Part shown: positions 13,951 through 26,252 of the stretch, piece after piece
How positions within the stretch are numbered: the stretch's first letter is position 1
Layout of the letters: each line of letters starts with the position of its first letter
Source of the DNA: Takakia lepidozioides
Taxonomy: Eukaryota > Plantae > Bryophyta
NCBI GenBank assembly: GCA_030704615.1
Contig: CM060734.1
Coordinates: 3,906,001-3,970,000 of the forward strand
Direction: 5' to 3'
DNA: 64,000 bases
Notes under the pieces: generated by a model
Told to the model about the DNA's origin: nothing
The model's database searches: none
What the model saw: only the letters and a program-made list of their open reading frames with translations
Program-made: the position numbers and the translations under genes

Positions 13951-14205
13951 AGGTAGCATTTTCCCAAGGTAACATTCTCCCAAGGGAACATTTTCCCAAG
14001 GTAGCATTTTTCCAAGGTAACATTTTCCAAGGTAACATTTTCCCAAGGTAGCAATTTCCTAAGGTAGCAATTTCCGAAGGTATCATTTTTTCAAGGTAAC
14101 ATTTTCCCAAGGTAGCATTTTCCCAAGGTAGCATTTTGCCAAGGTTGCAATTTCCCAAGGTAGCACTTTCCCAAGGTAGCATTTTCCCAAGGTAGCATTT
14201 TCGCA
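13951..14205. repeat. 16-bp tandem repeat, ~16 copies
   Basis: Unit GGTAGCATTTTCCCAA with variants. Confidence 0.9.
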
Positions 14206-15189
14206 AGCTAGCCAGTAGCTCCGAATATCTTGTAAAGGAGAATGGTAGTGTATTGAGTGGCAGTCGAGAAATAACATATATGAGAATCGAGTAGGAACAT
14301 GGAGTAAAAAACATTGTCTAAAACTGTGTGGGGAGAGTAACAAGTGGGTAAAATTGTTTGAAATAGAGAGAGCTAGTGTGCCCAAGTAGCTTGGGGAGAG
14401 AATGCTGAGCTGCTGCTGCTCAGTCACTCCCCCCCCCACACTTGGAAAATAGCTTGTAAGAAAGAGATGAGGGTTAGAGCGATGAACAAGTAACAGTGAG
14501 TAAAGATTAGGGATAATACCAAGGAGCGAGGCTTTGTCACATAACTGGAAAGAGAGGTACATGCTGAACAGACATTGTCTGGTATTGGTATGAGAAATTG
14601 TTTGAAATAGAGAGAGTCCATATGCCCAAGCAAATTGGGGAGAGGAGATTGAGAATGTCGAGTAGTCCTTGCTTGAAACTGAGCCTGTGCAGAGACTATG
14701 CTTCAGCTGATAGAGATTATGAGGTCTTGTACCTGGACAAGTGGATTGTGATACCGTGAGTGGTGGCTGACATGATAGTCTGCCACATATGCTGGAATTG
14801 ACCATCAGGGTGCCTTAGGGTTGTGCGTGGCGAGTCATGTTTGACGGTTGGGCATCTCTTGAATTCGGGGAGCCATCTGGAACACAGCAGCTCAGTATCA
14901 GAGAGTGATGAGAATTCAATACATGCAACGTGAGATCTGTTTGTCAAGCAGAGGGGGGGGGGAGCAGCCAGGGTTGGGAAAATGGGTGGGTGTACTCCCT
15001 GAGCATGAGAGGGCCCAGGATGACATCTTTAGCAGCAGTACCGCATGACTTGAAGGCGCCAACCAACTTATGCCACCAGCTAATGGCACTAGGCCAGGCC
15101 AACTATTCCTGCCAGCGGAGGGCTCCAATCTCGAAAAATCTCGTCAGTCCACAAAGTGGTGAGGGTGGATTCAGCTGTACATCTGGAGG

Positions 15190-16930
15190 CAAGAGCGTTG
15201 CCCGTTGTCGCATCACCGGGGTGACATTGTTGGCATCTGTAGCTGGACATGCATCCTTCATGCTCTCACATTTGGCATACATATCTGCAAGGGCAGCCTT
15301 CACTCTGTCAAACACTCCCTTTCCAACATCGATGCACCCACATTTTACATACATGTCCACGAGGGTATTGTTCAGAATGACATTGGGTACAATTCCAGAT
15401 CTGATAATGTCGCCATGGACCTCTTTACCCTTTACCAGAGCTGCCATGCTTGCACAGGTACTGCAAATGCACATAAACGTGCTGTGGTCGGGTTTCTCCC
15501 CTTCCTCCATCATTTGATCATAGGTCTCCAAAGCCTCCATATCACGTCCCTGCTGTGCATACCCTGCAAGCATCGCATTCCAGGACATGCTATCTCGTTC
15601 AACCGTAGTGTCAGACATTCCCTTTGCCTCCTCGGTGCACCCACATTTTGCATATGTGGTCGCCAGGGTATAGTTCAGAGGAACAGTTGGTACAAATCCA
15701 GCTCTGACGATGTCGCCATGGACATCTTTGCCCTGTTCCAGAGCTGCCAGGGCAGAGTTCAGAATGACATTTGGTATAACTCCAGCTTTGATGATGTCAA
15801 CATGCACATCTTTGCGTTTTTCCAGGGCTGCCAGGCTTGCACAAGCATTGCAAATGCACATAAATGTAATGTGGTTGGGCTCCACCCCTTTCTCCATCAT
15901 TTGATCATAGATCTCCACGACAAACGGTAATAACTCCAGCCTTGACATGGTCAACCTGGCCTGCTGCTTCTGCTGTGGGGGCAGGGGTAATACCGCAATA
16001 AGATCTTTGCTTAGAAGGCCATCAACATAATGAGAATCAGTGACAAAAAGTTGAGCCTCCAGGTGGAGCTGGTGAGCCATGGCATACATATCAGCAGGCA
16101 TATATGATGGGATTCCAGCTTTGATGATATCAACGTGGACCTCTTTGCTCTTTACCAGGGCACCAAGGCTGGCACACGCATTGAGAGCACAACTGAATGT
16201 GATCATGTTTGGTCTCACACCTTCCCGCTGCACATGCTCGTTGTAAAGAAACGTTACAAAGGGTGAGAGGTAGTGCCACTGTACCACAGAGGGGAAGTGG
16301 CGTACAACATTGAAGCACCGTACAAGCCTTGTAGCCAGCAAATCGTTGTTGTTCCTATCTGTGATCATCATCTTGGGGATATGGAGCCGCATCTCTGCCG
16401 CTACAGCTTCTGCATTTCCTTCCATGTGGAGTGCTGGGGCTTGGGTGAATGTAAGAGCCCGACCTGCCAGCCTGCTGGGTAGCCATTGCACGCAGTTTAT
16501 GGAGGGTGACCGCTGATTTGTGAGGACTGCAACATGCATGCTTAGGAACCCTTCTTGTATCATGTGCTCGTAGATATCCAAAGCCTCCATATCACAATCA
16601 AGCTGAGCATATCCTGCAATTATCGCACTCCAAGAAACCACATCTCGTTCAGCCCTATTGTCAAGCACTCGATGAGCCTCTTTCATGTTCCCACATTTGG
16701 CATACATGTCCACAAGGGCAGTCTTCAGAATGATATCTGATCGAATTCCAGCTTCAGTGATGTCAGAGTGGACCTCCTGGCCCTTTTCCAGGGCTGCCAG
16801 ATTGGCACGCGCATTGAGAACCGAAATGAACGTGACTTTGTTGGGAGTCATTTCTTCCCACATCATTCGCTCATACATCTCGAAAGCATTCAACAACAAC
16901 CTCCATTGTCTCTCTGGAACCATGGTCAAA
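15190..16930 (-). pseudogene. Decayed PLS-class pentatricopeptide repeat gene fragments
   Basis: Repeated TALVDMYAKCG..A..V.D...ERDVVSW.A.IAGYAQ, P...TF..V..ACA.LAALE.GKEVH; motifs interrupted by deletions and non-PPR sequence. Confidence 0.85.
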
Positions 16931-17075
16931 TTACTCTCCTCCCTCCAGTTTATGGTCATGTGAACATCAAGTGCAAGCACATTAAAGCTCAGGTAATCCA
17001 ATCTGAAGTGCTGCTTCTGCTTCGGGGGCAGGGGTGGTTCAGTTGGAGGAACTCTGCTCAAGAGCAACTCATGCA

Positions 17076-18470
17076 TCATTGGCCTACCTTGCAGAGCAGC
17101 ATATCCTGCCGTGGGGGGGGGGCTGTGCAATTTCCACCAACAGATCTGTGGAATAGGCCGAGATCTTGGGGGGGAGTGCTGGAGTTCTTATTAACAAAAG
17201 TAGAGTGGGCCAGCATGGCTGGCAGTTGCTCGTGGTGCGCGGTGAGTGCATTGACTTGTGAAGTAAGAGAAATCACGATGAGAATAATGCAGCGCTTGGT
17301 GTAGCCAACTCGCACAGCAGATCGGGCATCCAGAGACCAGCGCCCTCTAGGTAACGCAGTGGCTTTGACATTATGCAAAAGGGTAGAGCAAGTAGCGGTG
17401 CTGAGTCCACACATGGCCCAACTTGCGCACGAGAGACTCGGAAGTAGAAGACCATAAAACAACCCACAAATGAGCATTGAGAACTTAAAGAAGCATAGAA
17501 AGACAGGCTGGTTGTGAGCGAATCTGGTGGCCAACATGAAGCATCTAGAGTGGAACGCCATAGAGTTGTACTGCAAACCTTGGGGGGAGAGCACAGCTAG
17601 CGGAGAGGGGAGAGCGTAGTCGTTCCCGATAGCGATGGTGGCAGGAGAACTCGCCGCCGGCGAGTTAGCCATGGAGAGAATGTTGTGCATGGAGTAGGAC
17701 CGCCAGGGCTCATAGAAAACAGCTTGCAGGGAGATCATCAGAACAACATGACCATGGTAGCCTAGCAAACGAATTCGCTTGTGTTGTAACTGAGTATGAC
17801 TGTGCTGAATAATATGAGTCGTATCAAGATGTGCTACCACTTGCTTCACAGATACAAAGCAGGGACATACTGGACGCTTAGTGTCAGGCACTATACACAC
17901 CGGGGTATCCACAAAGCCAACATAGTAAAATATGGGTCGCAAGAGCGACCCGAACCAGCATTGAGTAGCTCCATCCGTCGAAATGATCCAATGAAGATGA
18001 GGGGCAGATTCTTGGGTGCGCTTCGCATCATAGGTACTTTCCTGATACAGAGGGGGGGGATGGAAGAGTTTCCATTCACAAGATGGGTCCTCATCGCAGG
18101 GAGAGAGCTTTCGCGCCGAGCACCAGTTGATGGCGATTTTGGTCCCGACCTCCTTGGTAGAGGATTTGGAAAGTAAAGACCACTCTAAAAGAATCAATAG
18201 AAAGCTTAAAAGGAGCACATTGATACCCTTGTAAGGCATGGTGGCCGACCGTGGGAGAGAACGAGGAGAACTCCTCGCAGCAGCAAGAGAGACGAGGATA
18301 GGAGCCATGGCGGCGACCCTGGCTTAAAGTAGAGGTCCTGGCAAAGTAGCGGAGTTACTAAAGTGATGAAGAATTAACACGCAATGGCTAAAAGAATAGC
18401 GGTACCCTAAAGAATGGTCATGGTTACAGAGTTTGGCGACGATAATGGCAAGAGGCCGGAGCTCCGCCCT
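17076..18470 (-). mobile_element. Unclassified dispersed repeat with 410-aa ORF (17076-18308), homologous to 26290-27215
   Basis: Shared leader (CCGCTACTTTGCCAGG..CTCTACT..AGCCA.GGTCGCCGCCATGG), GGAGCTCC palindrome and protein motifs IAINWC / W..HPP.L.Q..TY / TDGAT. Confidence 0.55.
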
Positions 18471-18881
18471 CATTATGTACAATGTAATGTTATGAATGAA
18501 ACAAATGGTGAGGCCAACTTTTGGGTTTGCGTGACAGGTTCTAGGCTTATGGGGAAAGAGAAGAGTCCCCTGCCCCAAAGAAAGGGGCGGAGAACCCATA
18601 TGCACGTGTCACGCGGCCTGGCGTCTCACGGTTTACCAGCCCCGTCGACAGCCGCAGCCGGAGGGGTCGTCCGCTCCCCCGAGGCCACCCCCTTCCCCCC
18701 TTGTCCCCGTCTTGGATGCGCCAGGGGCCGGCTCAGCCAGCTCTCCTATTCGGGAGGTTGTTGCTGAGCCGGATGCTCAGTTGAGCACACCCCCGGCCAC
18801 CAAGATAGGTGAAATGTACCTTGGCAAGCACGTGCGCAGTATCCTGCACAGGCGCTGAATGGTGAAGGTTGACTATCGGGG

Positions 18882-19765
18882 TTGAGGTGGGTTGATAAGG
18901 TTGATAAGGAAATTCATGCCACGTGGACTGGGCTCACGTCAGGCTCTTGGGCTCACAGGCTCCTGGGCTCGCAGGGTTGGGCTCACACTCTAGCATTCCC
19001 CGCAATTCAAGGGTACCAAAAGGCCTTGCCAACAGACATTACCATGCTGGGGGCGGAGGATTTGGACCGGCATGGTCCCATTGACTTGGTGATAGCAGGG
19101 TGGCCTTGCCAAGGACATTCTCCCGCAGGTCATGGTAATGGTTTGCATGATGCACGATCGCATCTGTTTTGGGAGATATTGCGAGTGTTGCGTGATTTGC
19201 AGGTGCGGCAAGTGCAACCTCCAGCTTACATCCTAGAGAATGTTCCTCTCATGGGGGATTCTCGGGCTAGGGTTATGGCCAGTGTGCACCAGGTGCGGTC
19301 TTGGATTGGATCGGCAGTGCTATTGGATGCAGCTGCAGTGGGGTCACGGGCACATAGGCCTAGGTGGTGGTGGACCAACCTTGCACCACTAGAGATGCTC
19401 AAGAAAGCATATGATTCCATTCAACAGCCATCCAACCTCACGGTTGAGGGCATTTTGGACCAAGGGAAGCAACCACAGAGGGTGCGACATGATGACCATC
19501 CACCTTTGGCGGTAGTCAATCGAGTGGGGCAGCCACATGCGGCCTTGCCTACACTCATGAGCTTTCCCTCGTCTCATGCTTTCCAAGACAATGGTCCTGG
19601 GTTGATTTGGGACAATGTACTACAGCAATTGGTGGAGCCCAATGCGGATAAGCGGGAGCGGGCAATGGGGTTTGTCACTGACACTACAGTTGTGTCAGCT
19701 CTGTCAGAGGCATCACGCCGCTAAGTGTTGGGTCAAGCAATGTATCTAAATTGCTTGATATGGGT
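18882..19765 (+). pseudogene. C5 cytosine DNA methyltransferase domain (DNMT3-like), 5'-truncated, in-frame stop at 19722
   Basis: GPIDLVIAGWPCQ (motif IV), YILENV (VI), AHRPRWWWTNL (VIII), ERAMGF (IX), VLGQAM after the stop (X); motif I missing. Confidence 0.88.
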
Positions 19766-20885
19766 CATAATTAGCTTGTGCATGCTGAGCAACGGAGGTT
19801 TTAGACAGTGGTGGCTACTTCTGCACTCCCATTGGGTATTGCATCCTCTCTGCCAACCGGGACGGTTGAGGCAGTGAGTGGGGGCGAGCACATCATGGGG
19901 TGCAAACACCCATGGAAGATATGGGATGAGATACGAAAGAGAGAGTCATTGGATCTCTCAGGCAGCAGTATGAGAAGTAGGAAGAGCCATATACTGAGGA
20001 TCAGTTGGAGGCCAAGGCGGCCAAGGTTTTTGAAGAAGTTGAGGATGTTTCTTCCCCAGATGATGTTCTCAAGGTGGCTATGGTGGAGCAAGGGGAGGCT
20101 ACACCACAGTCAAGATGGGCGGACAAGGCCCAAGAGGTTGCTATCTAGCAACCAAAGGATGCGTCTCCTACCTCCAAGCCTGGTGTACCCAAGGTTGCAG
20201 TCAGTGAGGACAATTGGGAACCGGATGTTGGTCCTACAGTCACCGGAGGAGAGAGACAGAGGATCCAGCGATTTCTAAGGGCTTATAGAAATTGCTTCGT
20301 CTTCGGTTTGAAGGATTTGGGGAGTTTGAAAGGCCAGGAGATTTGTATTGATTTGGCAAGTGATACGCCAATTTTTTAAAGGCCCAACAGATATAGTGAC
20401 ATAGAAAGATCTTTGATCCAGTCACGGACTATGGAGTTGTTCGAAGCTGGATTGGTAGAGTTGTCAGGTGGGGAGTATGCCTCGGCAACGGTGATGCCAG
20501 CTAGGAAGGATATCTATGGCAATTGGACAGAAAGAAGGATGTGTGGGGATTATCGCCCTGTGAATCGTCAAACTAAGTCCGACAGATATGTCATGTCAAC
20601 TCCAGAGGAGATCTTTGATGCCATTGGGCATGCAAAGGTGTTTAATACATTGGACCTGCGATCCGGTTACCACCAGGTGCCAATCAAAGAGGTTGACAAG
20701 CAAAAGACGACATTCTGGGGGAATCGGGATTGACCAACATGGGAAGGATTGTTTGTACCAATGGCAGTTCTTACCGTTTGGGTTAAAGAATGCTCCTGCA
20801 AAATTTCAGAGGGTCATGGATAGGATTCTCACAGGGCTAGACTTTGCTCGGTGCTACATTGATGATATCATCATCTTTGGTGACA

Positions 20886-21056
20886 ATCAACATGTAGCCT
20901 AGTGGTAAGGGCACACACCCTCTCATGAGTGGTTATGGGTTCAATCCACCTTGTTGGAAGTCATTATGGTATCCACCTTCCCATCGGAAGGCAGTAGCCC
21001 TATGGGGTCAAGTGATACCATAAGTTACGCTTGCTTCGGCAACGCGTCCACATTTT
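20886..21056 (+). mobile_element. tRNA-derived SINE inserted in RT
   Basis: A box TAGCCTAGTGG 20895-20905, B box GGTTCAATCC 20938-20947, T tail, 15-bp TSD TCATCTTTGGTGACA at 20871-20885 and 21057-21071. Confidence 0.88.
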
Positions 21057-21490
21057 TCATCTTTGGTGACACGGTTGAGGAGCATGAGAGACACCTTCAG
21101 GTGGTGTTTGAGCGCTTGAGAGCGCACGGGTTGAAAGTGCAAGTTCTTCCACGACCAGATTGAGTATATGGGCCAAATGATATACCCTGGAGGATTGGGT
21201 GTTCAACAGACAAAGGTGGAGGCCATTGCATGCATTCCACATCCCATGGATGTAAGCAGAGTTTGTGCTTTCATGGGATTGGCAAACAACTACCGACGGT
21301 TTGTCAAGGGATTTAGCAGCATTGCAAAAGCTCTTACCAAGTTGACCAAGGTGGGTTAGGAGTGGCAGTGGGAGGAAGAGCAGGAGGAAGCATTTGAGGA
21401 ACTCAAGGTTCGATTGACTTCTGCACTATTCTGAGGCGGCCTATTCGGAGGCGCGCCTTTCCAGCTACATACAAATTGGAGTATGCTCAT

Positions 21491-22265
21491 TAAATAAAAA
21501 ATAAAAAATAAAAATGGAGGGGGTGTTTTGCGACACCGTGGCGTCGGTAAACCGCCCGTTTCAGGTATGGGCGCGGCGCCAATTTTGCGAATTTTGCAAG
21601 CGTCGCCAAAAAAACGTCGCAAATATGCGACGTGTGGGGGTCGCAAGCCCCGCCCCCCCTCCCGCGATGCCCGGACGTCGCTTTTTGGGCGGTCCATGGC
21701 GATGGCAGGGGCCTCTTGCTAGCAACACTCAGCCGTCGCTGCCCTCCAGCCAACAGCATTGGAGGGGGCGACGGCTCAGCGTCGCAACCAAGTTTTTTTC
21801 TAAAATGCCTTGCGTCGCATCCTAAAAACAAAAAACACGTGGCATAAGCCGGGTGGTAGGATAAACGACGCCGCTGCATCGTGGCTAGCGACTCCTGGGT
21901 GTGGCAAAGAAAAAACACCCGTTGTCGCTAGAGTCGGGCGCTACGACGCTCGGCCGTGGGTTCCCGCGATGCGCTAGCGTCGCTTTTGATTTTCAATAAA
22001 TAAATTAAAATAATAAATAAAAACACATGGCGCAGGCAGGGTGCTGGGATCCGCGACGCCACGGCGTCGCTGATAGCGATCCCCGGACTAAAAAATCCCG
22101 TCACAGGGGGGGGTCGGGCGTTGCTACCGGCATTGGTTTTTGCGACGCCCGGCCGTCGCTGCTAGCGACCCCCGCCCAAAAAAATCCATCGCAAGGGCAT
22201 TGGTCGTAGCGACGCCGTGCCGTCGCAAGGCCAACCCGGTGGGGGGGGGGGGATTTTGGGGGTGA
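21491..22265. repeat. GC-rich block of short GCGAC/GTCGC motifs in both orientations, resembling a DNA-transposon subterminal region
   Basis: Many (T/A)GCGAC and GTCGC(A/T) motifs separated by A-tracts; abruptly truncates the RNase H at 21490. Confidence 0.5.
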
Positions 22266-23126
22266 ATTGGGGGTATCGAGGGTGAGGCCGGTGCGATACA
22301 TGAATAAGATGAAAGATGGAAAGATGGAAATATATTTACAAGTAATGAGCTGAAACGCTTTGCTCACAAGGGTTCAGTAGGCTGACCCTGGGATCTACAC
22401 GGACTAGGACTAGTCATCCTCATCCTCATCCTTAGAGGATGACTCATAGCTATCCGATGAGCCTGATGACTTCGCGCCCTTTGCCGGAGCACCTAAAGCA
22501 GACGGCATTCCCCTAAGTCCCACAGAGCTCTCATCCAATCCCTGGCCATGACCCCCCCCCCCATCCATACTAGTGCCCTGTAGTGCACTCATCCCCTCCG
22601 TGTTGGCCATGTTCTTCATGAGGGATTGTCAACCATGCTCCTTGGCGTAGTTGTACTCTACCGGAGATGGCTTCCTCTCAAACGCGCATTGCTATACATG
22701 CCACAAATTAAAGTCAATTCCTCACGATGATGGAGCTAGAAAAAAGATATAACAAAATACATAGGGAAGTATGACTTACAAATCGCAAGGTAAAACCATT
22801 GGATCCGCCGGCGCCCCACTTATGTGTGGATTTGTGTTTGTCAAGGCGGGCTGTTGTTGCTTTGCGTGCTTGCTCAAATTTGGCCTTCTTTGCCGCATCA
22901 TTCTGTCCCGCAATGAGTGCATCCCACGATACCTATGCACCCCCCCCCCCCAAAACAATTAGTGAATTACACACATACGTTGCATCGAATCCACCTCATT
23001 AATGCACATGCAACAAATGGAAGGTGAAATGATTCAAGGATTTGCCAACCTGTGTAATTCCATAAGGTGGTTTGGGTTGGGCCCTCTTTTCCATTGTCTT
23101 CCAAATTATCTCTCTGGCACAGTACC

Positions 23127-26100
23127 TGTCACGGACATAGCCCAGAGGAACTTACCAGGAGTAAATATCAGAAGTTACCAAGTTACCATGCTATCAAAAG
23201 TTACCATGATCTACCATAATTTACCATAATTTACCATTAATTATCAAGTTACCGAGAGTTTACCAAATTATCGAGAGTAACTTGGGAAACTGCTCAGGAA
23301 GCTTCCTTTGGAGAAAACTTCTCCATCAAGATACCTCCTTTGTTTAAGGAACTTCTCCATCAAGAAACCTTTGTTTAACCTTAGAAACTTCTCCATCAAA
23401 GAAACTTCCATAGGGGAAGCTTCTTAGGGAACTTCCTAGTAGCCAGTATATATAGGAGAAGAGACTGGACACTCTTCAGTCTCGCCAACACAAGTTCAAG
23501 CTACTTTTGTTCCCAGTCCTAGTACTCCAGTTTCCAGCATTCCAGTATTCAAGTCAAGTTCTAGTATCTTGTACTCTTGTCCATTGTTATAAAGATCATC
23601 TTGATTCATGTTTACTCATCATGCATTCGGCCACGCCGACCTTGACTTCTTGTCTAGTCGGATCGGTGGGAAGTGGGAACACTACACCAGAAGAAGTTGT
23701 CATCAATGTACTTGGTGAATGGTTACCACAAGACCTTAGTTAGTTAAGATGAAAGGCACATTTGCGAAAATGGTCACCACATTGCACAGTCTTCAGCTCC
23801 AGATGCAAGAACTTCGTACCTCTACCGCCCAATTACAAGCTGATCAGTCTCAAGATCTTGGCAACGCTCTCCACAATTTTCAACATCAAATTTCAGAGTT
23901 AAATGAGTCAAATAATGGATCTTCAACCATACGAATATCTACTGCAACTGCTTCTACTGCATCGGTTCCTCTTCAACAGATTACAAGAGAACCAAAGATA
24001 AGCATGCCCGAGAAATTTGATGGCACGAGATCAAGATTTCGCGGTTTTGTTCAATAAGTACGACTGTTCCTACGACTACATCCACAACGCTACCCCGATT
24101 AAGGTATTCAAGTGGGATTCATGGGCACCCTTCTATCAGGCACTGCCCTATCTTGGTTTGCACTGCTATTAGAAAAAAATTCGCATCTACTATACAATTT
24201 TGAAGCATTTATGTCCGAGTTCACTGCAACGTTTGGAGAGAATGATAGAGAAAGAGTTGTAGAGACAAAGATGCGAAATCTTCGACAAGGAACACGTCCT
24301 ACTTCCGTTTATGCTGCCGAATTTCGACAACTTGCATGCGACCTTGACTGGAATGAGAAGAGCCTTATTAGTCAGTTTCGATGTGGGCTAAAAGATGATG
24401 TAAAATATTTGTTGCTGACAATGCCAAACGTGAGCACACTGAGCGAATTCATCACCCAAGTCATTGCATGCGATAATCGTTTGTTCGAAAGACGTCAAGA
24501 GAAGCGATCTGGATGGGCGACGACGTATCATACCGCTGCTACTACGGCACCAAACACAACGATCCATCAGACATCCGATAATGATCCTATGTAGATTGAT
24601 GTTGTTCGATTCAAGCCATTGACGCCACAAGAAAAACAAAGACGGCGCTCAAATGGATTATGCCTCTATTGCGGAGAAGAAGATTACATAGCATTAAATT
24701 GCCCCAACAAGAGAAGATTCAAACCTCGGGGCGCAACTCAAGTGTTCGATACAAGGAGATCGAAAAACAAAGATGTCCAATCACAGTAGGGACCATGCGG
24801 CTGGACACCACAAATTCCTCACAAAAAAAAAATCTATTTCTACCTCCAGGCCCTGCACCTTGCTTCACAGTTCCGGTAAAAATCAGAGTGTAAAATCGAG
24901 ATATCTCTGTAGAAGCACTTTTGGACTCAGGGGCTTCAGCATGTTTTATTGACAAAAACTTTGCGAAATAACACAATTTAACGCTCGTAAAGAAGAAACT
25001 CTCGGCCCCCGTTGAAGTCATCGATGGACGATCGTTAGCATCAGGAAATGTTGACCATGAAACTCGACCACTTGAAGTGAAGCTTGAAGATCAAGCATCA
25101 CATATTGTTTTCAACGTCATCCAGACTCCAACGAATCATGTTATCCTTGGACTTCCCTGGTTCGTACTTCACAATCCTGACATCGATTGGCAATCGCGAA
25201 AAATTTCTACAAGACAAAAATGTAGAAATATCAAAGGTATTCAACCCATGTTCCTTGGATCTAGAGCTTTCATGAGAGCTACCAAAAAGGATGTGACATT
25301 TGCACTTTATGCGACTCCGATCAAGACCACAACAGACAAAGGTACTTCAACATTACCCACTCAATATCAAGATTTCAAGGATGTCTTCGAGAAGAAAAAT
25401 GCAGACATATTGCCAGAACATCGACCTTATGACTGTGCAATTGAGTTACAAGAAAGAGCCCCACCATCATTCGGCCCAATCTATAACTTATCCCAGATGG
25501 AGTTGGCTGCATTACGTGAATACATTGATGAAAAATTGTCGAAGAACTTCATCCGACATTTAAAATCACTTGCGGGGGCGCCTATATTGTTTGTGAAAAA
25601 GAAGGACGGATCATTACGCATGTGTGTAGACTATCGTGGTCTCAACAAAGTCATAATTAAAAATCGTTATCCGTTGCCGCTGATTTCTGGGCTTCTCGAC
25701 CAGCTGGGACGAGCGAAGATTTTCATCAAAATTGACTTGAGATGAGCTTATAACCTTGTACGGATAAAAGAAGAAGACGAATGGAAAACAACTTTTCGAA
25801 CAAGGTATGGACATTTTGAATACAGTGTTATGTCTTTCGGTTTTACAAGCTCCAACAATTTTCCAACATATGATGAATGACATCTTTCGAGAATTTTTAG
25901 ATGACTTTGTAGTCATCTATTTGGACGACATCTTGATATTTTCATAGAGGCCGCCATGTACGCCTTGTCCTTGATAAATTAAGAGAAAGAGGACTATATG
26001 CCAAGTTGGAAAAATATCTTTTCCATCAATCTGAGGTCAAATTTTTGGGCTACATTATTTCCGATAAAGGCGTCTTTATGGATCAGAAGAAAATACAAAC

Positions 26101-26252
26101 CATCATCGAGTGGATTAAATCAACTTCGGTTCGAGATGTACAATGTTTTCTGGGATTTGCAAATTTCTATAGAATCTTCATCAAGGACTACTCCAAAATT
26201 GCTGCACCATTGACACGACTCGCAGGGAAGGACAAATTTGTATGGGACGAAT
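23127..26252 (+). mobile_element. Tcn1-like chromovirus: LTR from TGTCACGG (23127), gag ~23749-24790, protease ~24910, RT 25360-26250; degenerate and 3'-truncated
   Basis: [83 protein letters not shown]. Confidence 0.85.

Larger units (their letters stand above)
18860..21490 (+). mobile_element. Ty3/Gypsy pol fragment carrying a C5 cytosine methyltransferase upstream of RT
   Basis: C5-MTase followed co-linearly by [66 protein letters not shown]. Confidence 0.85.

Noticed and set aside
13327-14314. Repetitive ORFs (SSDYHP, CYLGKMLPW)
   Set aside because: Translations of 36-bp and 16-bp tandem repeats
15103-17130. Functional 675-aa PPR protein
   Set aside because: PPR motifs are broken, partly deleted and interleaved with unrelated sequence; no E/DYW end or targeting peptide
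20886-20960. tRNA gene
   Set aside because: No cloverleaf; TSD and tail identify it as a SINE
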